Of a stretch of 64,000 nucleotides of DNA, positions 22,653-31,837 are shown one piece after another. The stretch's first letter is position 1. The number at the start of each line of letters is the position of its first letter. Under the pieces are notes generated by a model. It was given only the letters and a program-made list of their open reading frames with translations. It was not told the origin of the DNA and ran no database searches. The DNA comes from Anaeromyxobacteraceae bacterium (lineage in GTDB: Bacteria; Myxococcota; Myxococcia; Myxococcales; Anaeromyxobacteraceae), in contig JASGHJ010000002.1 of the NCBI GenBank assembly GCA_047602405.1, positions 1,184,001-1,248,000 of the forward strand, given 5' to 3'. Position numbers and translations under genes: made by a program.

Positions 22653-23771
22653 CTGAGCACGTCCCCCACCGCCGCACCCCGGAAGCTGTGGCTCGACTGG
22701 CAGCGCGGCCTCGCCGTGCTGTTCATGATCCAGTGGCACGTCCTCGACTGGTGGCGCGCGCCGGGCTCGGAGCAGGGCGCCTGGCTCCCCACGTTCGAGG
22801 CGCTCCGCTACGTCGGCGGCTTCGCCGCGCCCGGCTTCATGTACATGGCCGGCCTCTCCCAGGCGCTCGCCGACGCCGCCCTCGAGCGCAAGGGCGTCGC
22901 GCCCGCCGAGCGCCGCCGCCGCGCGCTCGGCCGTGCGCTGTGGGTGCTCGGGGTCTCCTACGGCATCCGGTTCGTCCTGTTCGTGCTCTCCTGGTGGAAG
23001 GACGGCGCGTTCGACGAGCTCTTCAAGGTCGACGTCCTCGACGTCATCGCCGTGGGCCTCGCCGCCTCGGCGGTGCTCTCGGTCGGCCGCGGCCGCCTCG
23101 CCGGCCCGCTCCTCGCCGCGGCCGGCGCCGCCGTGGTGGTCTTCACCACCCCGCTCGTCGCCGGGGCGCTCTCCCACCTCGACGCCGCCGGCGGCCCCTG
23201 GCGTGCGCCGAACAAGCTCGTCGACGTCCTGCTCGCGTTCGCGTGGGGGAAGCCCCCGCGCTCGATCTTCTGCTCCTTCAACTGGATCGCCTTCGTCCTC
23301 GCCGGCGCCGCCGTCGGGCCGCTCGCCCGCGGCCCGCGCCGCCCGCTCGCGTGGCTCGCGCTCGCCGCGGCCGCCTACGGCCTGGGCTCCTGGTCGAACC
23401 AGTGGCCGCCCGTCTACGCGTTCCAGAACTTCTGGCGCGCGTCGCCCTCCTGGTTCCTCATGCGCCTCGGCTACGCGCTCGCGATCTCCGGCGCGCTCCA
23501 GCTCCTCCCCGACCTCCTCGACCGCCCGACCCGCTGGCTCACGCTCCTCGGGCGCCAGTCGCTCGTCGCCTACGTCGCCTCGGTCCAGCTCACCTACGGC
23601 GCGGTCGCGAACGTCGTGAAGCGATCGCTCTCGTTCCCGGCGACGCTCGCCGGCGTCGTGGCGATGACGGCGCTCACCTGGGCGATCTGCATGGGCTGGG
23701 AGCGCCTGCAGGCGTGGCGGAAGGGCAGGCCGCGCCCGTCCGCGCCGCCGTCCGCCGCGACCGCGGCGTGA
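22653..23771 (+). CDS. DUF1624 / heparan-alpha-glucosaminide N-acetyltransferase-like membrane acyltransferase (start uncertain)
   Basis: RKLWLDWQRGLAVLFMIQWH, AAPGFMYMAGLS, VDVLDVIA, LGRQSLVAYV; multiple TM helices. Confidence 0.8.
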   Translation: MSTSPTAAPRKLWLDWQRGLAVLFMIQWHVLDWWRAPGSEQGAWLPTFEALRYVGGFAAPGFMYMAGLSQALADAALERKGVAPAERRRRALGRALWVLGVSYGIRFVLFVLSWWKDGAFDELFKVDVLDVIAVGLAASAVLSVGRGRLAGPLLAAAGAAVVVFTTPLVAGALSHLDAAGGPWRAPNKLVDVLLAFAWGKPPRSIFCSFNWIAFVLAGAAVGPLARGPRRPLAWLALAAAAYGLGSWSNQWPPVYAFQNFWRASPSWFLMRLGYALAISGALQLLPDLLDRPTRWLTLLGRQSLVAYVASVQLTYGAVANVVKRSLSFPATLAGVVAMTALTWAICMGWERLQAWRKGRPRPSAPPSAATAA

Positions 23772-23800
23772 TCACCGAACGGGTTCCGAGGACGGCCGGC

Positions 23801-24429
23801 TCGCCGGGCCTCTCCGCACCGCTTGGCCTTGGGCAAAGGCCCGCCGCGTCGGGGATCCTGGGGGCGGAGGAGAGCCGCTGGTGACCCGCGGCGCGTCCAC
23901 GCATGCCAGGCGAGCGACCGTGGCCGTGAGGGATCGGGTTCAGCGGTTCGCCTGGCATGCTCCGCGCAGATCGCGGCGCCGTCTTTGGGCGGGCCTGCCG
24001 AAAGCCGGCGGTGCGGAGAGGCCCGGCGATCCGGCCGCCTGCGATCGAGGCCGAACGGCGAAGGGCCGTTTCGGCGAGAGGGACGGGACTGGACCGGACG
24101 GACCGGACCCGCTCGTCTCGCGAGCTCCGCGAGTACAGCTCGCCTCACCCCATCTCCACGCCACGAGGACGCATCGCGGGGTCTCTCCGCACCGCCGGCT
24201 TTCGGCAGGCCCGCCCAGAATCGCAGCCGCGATCTGCACCAAGCGTGCAAGCCGAGGCGGCCAGCACCGCATCGCCTTCGTCGCCGCCCCGCGGCCATCC
24301 GCGACGCCCCTTCCGCCTCGGCTGGCACGCGTGGTGGTGCCGCGGCCCTCCCATCCGAGGCACCGCCCCCAGGATCCCCGACGCGGCGGGCCTTTGCCCA
24401 AGGCCAAGCGGTGCGGAGAGACCCCGCGA
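23801..24429. repeat. Two inverted copies of a TIR-bounded element (unit A 23801-24029, unit B 24174-24429) forming a large foldback between convergent genes
   Basis: Perfect 58-bp IR 23810-23867/24363-24420; perfect 35-bp IR 23986-24020/24183-24217; each unit has its own perfect 22-bp TIR. Confidence 0.9.
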
Positions 24430-24529
24430 GGCGTCCGCACGGACCCGCCACGAGACGCAAGACGGAAGACGCACGGAAGACGCAAGACGGACCCGCCGCA
24501 AGAAGCCGGCCCGTCGGCACCGCCACCCG

Positions 24530-26419
24530 CTACGGTCCCGACGCCGCCGGCTCGACCACCGGGGCCGGCGCGGGCGCCGCCACGAACGCGAGCGGCTCCG
24601 CGAGCGCCGCGATGAGCCCTTCGTCGCCGATGACCCCGTGCTGGGCCATGTGGAGCAGGATCTCCCCGACGCGCTGCTCGAGGTACGGCGTCGGCGCGCC
24701 CTGGGCGCGCACGGCGTCGGCGCGGACCGGGTTCGGGATCACCGCCGCGAGGAACGCCGCCTCCTTCACGGTGAGCGCGCGGGCGTCCTTCCCGAACCAG
24801 TGCCGCGCCGCCGGGCCGATGCCGAACACGCCCGGGCCCCACTCGGCGAGGTTCAGGTAGATCTCGAGGATCCGCGCCTTCGGCAGCGTGGCCTCGAGGG
24901 CGATCGCGCCGAGCGCCTCCCGGACCTTCCGCGCGAGGACCTTGTCGCGCGTGAGCCAGAGGTTCTTCGCGACCTGCTGGGTGATGGTGGAGCCGCCGCG
25001 CACGACCCGGCCCTGCTCGAGGCCGGCCTGGAGCGCGTTCGTGAGCTCGTCGAAGTCGAAGCCGGCGTGGCCGAAGAAGCCGGCGTCCTCGCTCGTCGTG
25101 ACCGCGCGGACGACGTGCTCGGGCAGCTCCGCGATGGGGACGTAGTCCGGGTTCTCCGGGCCGATCGTGAACGGCGCGCCGCCGTCCGGCGCGTACCGGA
25201 ACGGTGCCTTCAGCGCGACCGGCGGGGCCTTCCGCGCCGCGGCCCGCATGCGGGCGAGGTCGAGCCCCGCCTCCACGCGCCAGGTGCTTGGCTCCCGGAG
25301 CGCGCCCGAGAGCGCGAGCTCGGCGTCGAGGTCGCCGGGCGGGCGGGGCGCCTCGTCCGGCGGGCCGAGGCCGGGCGGCAGCGAGGCGGCGAACGCGGCG
25401 AACGCGACGTGGCGCGCGTCGAGCGCGAGCTCGAAGGGGAGGGCGCCTTCGAGCCGGACCTGCCCGGACAGCGCCGCCGCGAGCGCCGACCCGAGGGCGA
25501 GCTGCCCGCCGCGCCAGGAGAGCGTGCGGCTCGCGCGGTCCCAGGCGAGCTCGCCGGACGCGGCGAGGCGGAAGGGGCCGACCGGCGCGGGGTCGATCCG
25601 CGCCGCCTGCACGACGAGCCCGTCGACGCCCGCCGTCACGCTCCCGCTCGCGCGCGAGAGGTCGCGCGGGGCCGAGGCGTCGAGCACGATGGCGGCGGCG
25701 CCCGCGCGGACGTCGGCCGGGAGGTGGGCGCGCAGCGCCTCGCCGAGCGCGCCGGCGCGGAGCCCCTCCGCCCGGAGCGCGACGCGGAGCTCCCCGGCGG
25801 GCGCGCCGCCCGGGAGGCGGACCACGAGGGCGATCCGCCCCGCGTCCGGCAGGCGCGCCTCGGCCCGCACGAGGTCGGGCTCCGGCCAGGCGTCGAGGTC
25901 GAAGGGCCCGAGGTCGGCCGCGGCGCCGCCGAGCGGCACCGCGACGACGAGCCCGCGCACGTGCACGCGCGGCCAGGCGCGAGGCCGCGGGGCGGCCCCG
26001 GGCCGCGAGGGCGAGGCGGCGCGGCGGTCCGCGAGGGCGCGCAGCGCGGCGGGTCGGGTGGCGTCCACCCGGACGCCGTGCAGGCGCAGGGACGCGATCT
26101 CGAGGCGCCCGGCGAGGAGCGCGAGCGGGGCGGCGCGCAGGCGGAGCCGCTCGACCGTGACCGCCGGCGCCTCCGGGGTCCCGCCGAGCGCGAGCGGACC
26201 GGCGACGACGCGGAACAGCGGGTCGACCGCGACCGGCCCCAGCGCGACCTCGCCGACCCGGGCCCGGAGCGCGCGCTCGGCGCGGTCGCGCAGCGCCTCG
26301 CGCACGCCCGGCAGCCACGCTGCAACCTGCAGCGCGGCGTACACCCCGGCGAGCACCGCGAGCGCGAGGAGCGCCCTCCGGAGGCGCGCGGCGCGGGGTT
26401 TCGGGGGGCGGATCGCCAT
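24530..26419 (-). CDS. Peptidoglycan transglycosylase (GT51, MtgA-like C-terminal domain) with a long N-terminal AsmA-like extension
   Basis: SEDAGFFGHAGFD, RGGSTITQQVAKNL, RKVRE, KARILEIYLNLAEWGPGVFGI; no transpeptidase domain seen. Confidence 0.88.
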   Translation of the reverse strand: MAIRPPKPRAARLRRALLALAVLAGVYAALQVAAWLPGVREALRDRAERALRARVGEVALGPVAVDPLFRVVAGPLALGGTPEAPAVTVERLRLRAAPLALLAGRLEIASLRLHGVRVDATRPAALRALADRRAASPSRPGAAPRPRAWPRVHVRGLVVAVPLGGAAADLGPFDLDAWPEPDLVRAEARLPDAGRIALVVRLPGGAPAGELRVALRAEGLRAGALGEALRAHLPADVRAGAAAIVLDASAPRDLSRASGSVTAGVDGLVVQAARIDPAPVGPFRLAASGELAWDRASRTLSWRGGQLALGSALAAALSGQVRLEGALPFELALDARHVAFAAFAASLPPGLGPPDEAPRPPGDLDAELALSGALREPSTWRVEAGLDLARMRAAARKAPPVALKAPFRYAPDGGAPFTIGPENPDYVPIAELPEHVVRAVTTSEDAGFFGHAGFDFDELTNALQAGLEQGRVVRGGSTITQQVAKNLWLTRDKVLARKVREALGAIALEATLPKARILEIYLNLAEWGPGVFGIGPAARHWFGKDARALTVKEAAFLAAVIPNPVRADAVRAQGAPTPYLEQRVGEILLHMAQHGVIGDEGLIAALAEPLAFVAAPAPAPVVEPAASGP

Positions 26420-26535
26420 GAGAGCGGGCCTGTTTACAGCCGCTTGGACGCTCGATCAACCGGGCGGGTGGGACCCGTGTGACGGCGTATGCGTGAAGGA
26501 AGAGATCCCCGGGCAACCGGTTATATTCCCGGAGG

Positions 26536-27669
26536 ATGGACAGGACCGCGACGCCGATTCCCAGGCCCCGGCGCCGCCGCGATCACGTCGCGGCGCGCGT
26601 CGCGCTCGCGCTCCTCGTCTCGCTCCTCGCGAACGGCCTGCTCCTGTGGATCGCGGTCGTCACCGGCGCCTTCGACGTCGGCAAGCCCGTGAAGGTCTCG
26701 CAGGTCTCGCTCTCGCAGCTCTCCGCCTCCGACTGGGCGAAGAACCGGGGCGCCGCGGCGCCGCCGCCGGCCCCTCCGCCGCGGCTCGTGCCGGTCCCCG
26801 AGCCCACCCAGGACGGCGGCACGGTCGTGAAGCTCCCGCCCGGCGCCGACGGGAAGCCGCCGAAGGAGGCCCGCTTCCTCGCCGAGCGCGACCAGTCCGT
26901 CGAGCGGGAGACCGTCTCGCGCTACGCGACCGGCCACGACGGCCCCGTGCTCCCCGCGCCCCAGCTCGCCGGCAAGCCCGCCCCCCAGCCTCCGCCGAAG
27001 GGCGAGCAGCAGCCGGAGCGGAAGCCCGAGGACGCGAAGCCCCGGAAGGACGGCGCCAGGCCGCAACGCGAGCAGCTCGCGATGCTCGACCCCTCGCGCG
27101 AGGGGCTCGTGCCGCCGCCCGCCGAGGCGCGCCGACGCCAGGCCGGTGAGGCCGCTGGCGATCCGCGCAAGGCCTCCCCCGCGACGGAGCCCGACCTGAC
27201 CCCGCGCGCGCCCGGCCTCGGCAGCCTCGCGACCGGCGCGCCCAACGAGGACGGGATGGGGCAGGGGCTCGAGGAGGGCGACGTCACCGCCCTCAACACC
27301 CGCAAGTCCGAGGTCGCGAAGTACCTCAACTCGTTCGGCGACCGCATCGCGAGCTGGTGGCGCGGCCGCACCCGCGCCGCCATCGGCGAGCGCGATCCCG
27401 AGGCGCGGATCTTCTTCTACAAGGACCGCACGGCGGTGTTCCTGGTGCGGATCGAGTCGAGCGGGCAGCTCGCCGAGGTCCGGCTGCTGCAGTCGTCGAA
27501 CGTGGACTTCTTCGACCAGATCGCGCTCTCGGCCATCCGGCAGGCCGCGCCGTTCCCGCCGCCGCCCGCGAGCGTGCTCGACCGCACCGGCGAGTTCCGC
27601 TTCACGCAGGGTTTCACCGCGCAGGGCCCGCAGGCGCCGCGCGGCTGGGACTGGCGCCCGGGCCAGTAG
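26536..27669 (+). CDS. TonB/TolA-like energy transducer family protein
   Basis: N-terminal TM, Pro-rich linker, C-terminal VRIESSGQLAEVRLLQSSNVDFFDQIALSAIRQAAPFPPPP. Confidence 0.85.
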   Translation: MDRTATPIPRPRRRRDHVAARVALALLVSLLANGLLLWIAVVTGAFDVGKPVKVSQVSLSQLSASDWAKNRGAAAPPPAPPPRLVPVPEPTQDGGTVVKLPPGADGKPPKEARFLAERDQSVERETVSRYATGHDGPVLPAPQLAGKPAPQPPPKGEQQPERKPEDAKPRKDGARPQREQLAMLDPSREGLVPPPAEARRRQAGEAAGDPRKASPATEPDLTPRAPGLGSLATGAPNEDGMGQGLEEGDVTALNTRKSEVAKYLNSFGDRIASWWRGRTRAAIGERDPEARIFFYKDRTAVFLVRIESSGQLAEVRLLQSSNVDFFDQIALSAIRQAAPFPPPPASVLDRTGEFRFTQGFTAQGPQAPRGWDWRPGQ

Positions 27670-27781
27670 CCGGTCCCCCCCCCCCGCCGCTCGCGCACCG
27701 GCCGTGCGGCCCGCACCGCGGGTCGCCGGATCGCGCGCCGTCACCCCGCCGTGACACGGCGCGACTAGGATGCGCGGCATG

Positions 27782-29711
27782 GTGCGTCGTGGAAGCTGCA
27801 CCGATCCAGCCGGTGAGAGTCCGGTCCGGGTAATCGCCGGAGAGCCCGGAAGCAGGCACCAGCTTGTCCGGGAGACCGGGCATGCCGAGCGGTGCGTCGA
27901 AAGCCTCACGTACGGAGGAAGCGAAGCGGCGGGCCGCAACAAGGTGAACGCTTCAGCCTCGACAGATCCTCAGCCGAAAGGTGTTCGGGAGCGCCGAGCC
28001 GGTCATGCCACGGCGAAGGCGATGCACAGCGTCCTTGGTCCGGAACGGACGCTGGGGCTCCCCGGGGTAGGGGCGGCGGCACGTCGCGAAGGATCGGTGT
28101 GGAACACGAGAGACCCTCGCCGGCAGCCCGCGTCGGGCAGAGACCGAGCGCATAAGACGGGAGTCGAAAGCGCGAGGAGCCGGAAGGGAGTCCGAGGGGC
28201 CCGTAGTACCGGTGAGGCGCGGGATAACCGCGCGGAGGGAAGGGGCCCTGCTTTGGTCGCGTCGGCACTGGGGGTAAGCGCGAGGGCATGGCCGTGAGGC
28301 CCAACACCCCCATCGACAAAGTGCGAGAACTCCAGCGCCGGCTTTACGTGGCCGCCAAGCGGAGCAGCACGCGGCGCTTTCACGCATTGTACGACCGGAT
28401 CTGCAGGGGTGACGTCCTGCGGGAAGCGTGGAAGCGGGTGCGCAGCAACGGAGGCGCGGCAGGGGTGGACGGCGAGTCCATCCGGGCCATCGAGGAGAGC
28501 GGAGTCGAGGCGTTCCTCGAAGGGATCCAGGCCGATCTCCTGGCAGGCGAATACCGCCCCCTCCCGGTGAGGCGGCGGTACATCCCGAAGGCAGACGGAA
28601 AGCAGCGGCCGCTCGGGATCCCGACGGTGCGGGATCGCGTGGCGCAGATGGCTGCGAAGTTGGTGCTCGAGCCGATCTTCGAGGCCGACTTCCTGTCGTC
28701 GAGCTACGGGTTCCGGCCGAAGCGGAGCGCGACGCAGGCGCTGGAGGCCATCCGCGAGGCTGGCAACCAGGGTCACAACTTCGTGCTCGACGCCGACATC
28801 AAGGCGTACTTCGACAGCATCGACCAGCAGAAGCTGATGGCGATGGTGGCGGAGCGGATCTCGGACCGCAGGGTGCTGAAGCTCCTGCGGAAGTGGCTGG
28901 AGGCCGGGGTGATGGAGGAGGGCACGGTGAGAAACCCCGTGGCGGGAACGCCACAGGGTGGAGTGATCTCGCCGCTGCTCGCCAACGTCTACCTGCACGA
29001 GCTCGACCGGATCTGGGCGCAGAGGTGCAAGCACCTCGGCGTCCTGGTGCGGTACGCCGACGACTTCGTCGTGATGTGCGGGACGGAGTCGAAGGTGAAC
29101 GAGGCGAGGCGGCGCGTCGAGCTCATCATGGCGCGCCTCGGCCTGACGCTGCACCCGGAGAAGACGCGGATCGTCGATCTGAGGCGAGGAAAGGAAGGCT
29201 TCACCTTCCTCGGGTGCGTGAACCGGAAGCGGCGCAGCATCCAGCGGCGCCCCGACCGGCACTACATGCACCGCTGGCCCTCACCGAAGGCGATGACCCG
29301 CGTCCGCGAGCGCGTCCACGAGCTGACGGACGTGCGCAGGAGCGGGGCGAAGGACGTGAAGGAGGTCATCGCGTCCGTGAACCCCGTCATCCGGGGCTGG
29401 GCCAACTACTTCCGGACCGGAACAGCGGATTGGGAGTTCAACCGCGTCGACTGGTACGTGCACGAACGGATCACGCGCTGGCTCCATCGGCGCGGTGGTC
29501 AGCGGACTCGCTATCAGTACGAGGCTTGGCCCTTCGAACGTCTCTTCGAGCTTGGCCTGCACCGCTGCATGGGCCGCGTCCGCTACCCCGCGCAAGCTGC
29601 CGCGCGAAGACCATCGTTAAGCCGTGTGCGGGAAACCCGCACGCACGGTTTGAAAGGAGGCCCTGGAACCAGGCTGGCCTAACGGCCGGTACTGCGCCAG
29701 GATCGACCAAT
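27782..29711 (+). mobile_element. Group II intron (IIB-like, bacterial class E/F-like IEP) inserted at the mgsA start codon
   Basis: 5' GTGCG at 27782; GGTGAGAGTCC domain I motif; DIII-like GGAGTCCGAGGGG..GTAGTACC..GGAGGGAAGGGG; domain V AAGCCGTGTGCGGGAAACCCGCACGCACGGTTTG (about 29619-29652) with AGC triad; DVI ending ACCAAT at 29711. Boundaries are uncertain by 1 nt. Confidence 0.93.
28288..29682 (+). CDS. ltrA: Group II intron reverse transcriptase/maturase (no En domain)
   Basis: [58 protein letters not shown], domain [12 protein letters not shown]. Confidence 0.97.
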   Translation: MAVRPNTPIDKVRELQRRLYVAAKRSSTRRFHALYDRICRGDVLREAWKRVRSNGGAAGVDGESIRAIEESGVEAFLEGIQADLLAGEYRPLPVRRRYIPKADGKQRPLGIPTVRDRVAQMAAKLVLEPIFEADFLSSSYGFRPKRSATQALEAIREAGNQGHNFVLDADIKAYFDSIDQQKLMAMVAERISDRRVLKLLRKWLEAGVMEEGTVRNPVAGTPQGGVISPLLANVYLHELDRIWAQRCKHLGVLVRYADDFVVMCGTESKVNEARRRVELIMARLGLTLHPEKTRIVDLRRGKEGFTFLGCVNRKRRSIQRRPDRHYMHRWPSPKAMTRVRERVHELTDVRRSGAKDVKEVIASVNPVIRGWANYFRTGTADWEFNRVDWYVHERITRWLHRRGGQRTRYQYEAWPFERLFELGLHRCMGRVRYPAQAAARRPSLSRVRETRTHGLKGGPGTRLA

Positions 29712-30210
29712 GCCGAACCGCCGCGTCCCGATGAAGCCCGTGAAGAACGTCGTCCTCATCGCCCACGACTCGAGGAAGCAGGATCTCCTGGAGTGGGTGA
29801 AGTACAACCAGCCCGTCCTCCGCGAGCACCGCCTCTTCGCCACCGGCACGACCGGAGGCCTCGTGCAGACCGCGACCGGCCTGCCGGTGACCCGCTTCAA
29901 GAGCGGCCCGCTCGGCGGCGACCAGCAGGTCGGCGCCAAGATCGCCGAGGGCGACCTCGACGTGCTCGTGTTCTTCTGGGATCCGCTCGAGCCGCAGCCC
30001 CACGATCCGGACGTGAAGGCGCTGCTCCGCATCGCGGTGCTCTACAACGTGCCGACCGCCTGCAACCGCGCCACCGCCGACTTCCTCGTGGCGTCGTCGC
30101 TCTTCCACGGCGCCTACGAGCGCCTCGTGGAGGACCACGAGGCGGCTCGCGAGGCGTGGCTGAAGGCGCAGGCGGCGGCGATCGCCGGGCCCGCGCCGGC
30201 CCGGCGCTAG
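29710..30210 (+). CDS. mgsA: Methylglyoxal synthase
   Basis: LIAHDSRK, ATGTTG, SGPLGGDQQVG, FFWDPLEPQPHDPDVKALLR, ACNRATAD. Confidence 0.97.
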   Translation: MPNRRVPMKPVKNVVLIAHDSRKQDLLEWVKYNQPVLREHRLFATGTTGGLVQTATGLPVTRFKSGPLGGDQQVGAKIAEGDLDVLVFFWDPLEPQPHDPDVKALLRIAVLYNVPTACNRATADFLVASSLFHGAYERLVEDHEAAREAWLKAQAAAIAGPAPARR

Positions 30211-30215
30211 CGCCT

Positions 30216-30268
30216 CCGCTCGTCCCCGAGCCCTTCGACGGGCTCAGGGGGAACGGAGTCGAAGGACG
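30216..30268. repeat. REP-like palindrome / bidirectional terminator between convergent mgsA and gcvPB
   Basis: CCGCTCGTCCCCGAGCCC-TTCGAC-GGGCTCAGGGGGAACGG hairpin followed by GTCGAAGGACG; resembles the widespread CCCTTCGACAGGCTCAGG-type repeat (recalled, not searched). Confidence 0.55.
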
Positions 30269-30269
30269 A

Positions 30270-31835
30270 CTACTTCACGTCCATCCCAGGCTTCCAGCGC
30301 AGGACGGGCTTCCGCGCCGCGCGGGTCTCGTCGAGGCGCTGGCGCACCGGCTTCTGCGGGGAGGCCTTGAGGGCCGCCGCGTCGGTCTTCGCCTCCTCGG
30401 CGATGGCGCGCATCGCGGCGACGAAGCCGTCGATGGCCTCCTTCGACTCGGTCTCGGTGGGCTCGATCATGAGCGCGCCGTGCACCACCAGCGGGAAGTA
30501 GATGGTGGGCGGGTGGAAGCCGTGGTCGATGAGCCGCTTCGCGACGTCCATCGTCGTGACGTCGTGGGCCCCCTGCGCGGCGTCGTCGAAGACCACCTCG
30601 TGGAGCGAGTCGGTCTCGTAGGGCAGGTGGAACACGTCGCGCAGCTTCGCCCGGACGTAGTTCGCGTTCAGCACGGCGAGGCGGCCGGTGAGGGCCACGC
30701 CCTCCGGGCCGTACTCGCGGATGAGCGCCCAGGCCCGGACGAACATGCCGAAGTTGCCCCACCACTCGCGGATCTTGCCGACCGTCTGCGGGCGCTCCTT
30801 CGGATCCGTGACGAGGCGGTACTGCTCGCCCTCCTTCACGACGACCGGGAGCGGCTGGTAGGGCGCGAGCGACGCCTTCATCGCGACCGGGCCGGAGCCC
30901 GGCCCGCCGCCGCCGTGCGGCGTCGCGAAGGTCTTGTGGAGGTTGTACTGGATGACGTCGAACCCCATGTCGCCGGGGCGCGCCACGCCGAGCAGCGCGT
31001 TCATGTTCGCGCCGTCGCCGTACACGAGCCCGCCCTTCGCGTGCACGATCTCGGCGATCTCCCCGATGTGGCTCTCGAAGATCCCGAGCGTGTTCGGGTT
31101 CGTGATCATGATGCAGGCGACGTCCTCGTCCATCGCCGCCCGCACCGCGTCGGGGTGGAGCTTGCCGTCCTCGCCGGAGGCGACCGGGACGACGTCGTAA
31201 CCGTTGAGCGCCGAGGAGGCCGGGTTCGTGCCGTGCGCGGTGTCCGGGATCAGCACCTTCTTGCGCGGGTTGCCGCGCGCCTCGTGGTAGGCGCGGATCA
31301 GCATGAGCCCGGTGAGCTCGCCCTGCGCGCCCGCGGCCGGCGAGAGCGCGGTGCAGTCCATGCCGGCGATCTCGGAGAGCGCGCGCTCGAGGCCGTACAT
31401 GAGCTCGAGCGAGCCCTGCACGAGCGCGGGCGCGGCGAGCGGGTGCGCGTTCGCGAAGGCGGGCAGGCGCGCGAGCGCCTCGCTCGACTTCGGGTTGTAC
31501 TTCATGGTGCAGGAGCCGAGCGGGTAGAACCCGGTGTCGATGCCGTGGTTCCACGCCGAGAGGCGGGTGAAGTGGCGGACCACCTCGAGCTCGGAGAGCT
31601 CGGGCAGCCCGGCCACCTCGGCGCGCAGCAGCGCCGCGGGCAGCTCGGAGGCGGGCTCGGCCTTGCCGCCCGGGGGCGGCAAGGAGACGCCGGAGCGCCC
31701 GGGCGAGCCCTGCTCGAAGACGAGCTTCTCCTCGTAGGCGATGCCGCGGGTGGCTCCGCCGACGCCGACGTCGTCGCGGGCACCGCCGCCCGCGCCCTCG
31801 TTCATGGTGGGCTTCCAGCCGGTCGCGTTGGCCAT
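30270..31835 (-). CDS. gcvPB: Glycine dehydrogenase (decarboxylating) subunit 2
   Basis: YPLGSCTMKYNP, AGAQGE, AHGTNPAS, NLHKTFATPHGGGGPG, LMIEPTETESKE. Start MANATG at 31835. Confidence 0.97.
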   Translation of the reverse strand: MANATGWKPTMNEGAGGGARDDVGVGGATRGIAYEEKLVFEQGSPGRSGVSLPPPGGKAEPASELPAALLRAEVAGLPELSELEVVRHFTRLSAWNHGIDTGFYPLGSCTMKYNPKSSEALARLPAFANAHPLAAPALVQGSLELMYGLERALSEIAGMDCTALSPAAGAQGELTGLMLIRAYHEARGNPRKKVLIPDTAHGTNPASSALNGYDVVPVASGEDGKLHPDAVRAAMDEDVACIMITNPNTLGIFESHIGEIAEIVHAKGGLVYGDGANMNALLGVARPGDMGFDVIQYNLHKTFATPHGGGGPGSGPVAMKASLAPYQPLPVVVKEGEQYRLVTDPKERPQTVGKIREWWGNFGMFVRAWALIREYGPEGVALTGRLAVLNANYVRAKLRDVFHLPYETDSLHEVVFDDAAQGAHDVTTMDVAKRLIDHGFHPPTIYFPLVVHGALMIEPTETESKEAIDGFVAAMRAIAEEAKTDAAALKASPQKPVRQRLDETRAARKPVLRWKPGMDVK

Positions 31836-31837
31836 GG

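Noticed and set aside
24452..24492. Short AAGACGC/AAGACGG iterations
   Set aside because: Short and irregular, with no support for a function beyond simple-sequence slippage next to the foldback.
23794..24500. CRISPR array
   Set aside because: The repeats are inverted rather than direct, there is no regular spacer period, and no cas genes are present.
28288..29682. Retron, DGR or defence-associated RT
   Set aside because: A maturase X domain plus recognisable intron domains I, III, V and VI identify a group II intron. No TR/VR pair or msr-msd was seen.
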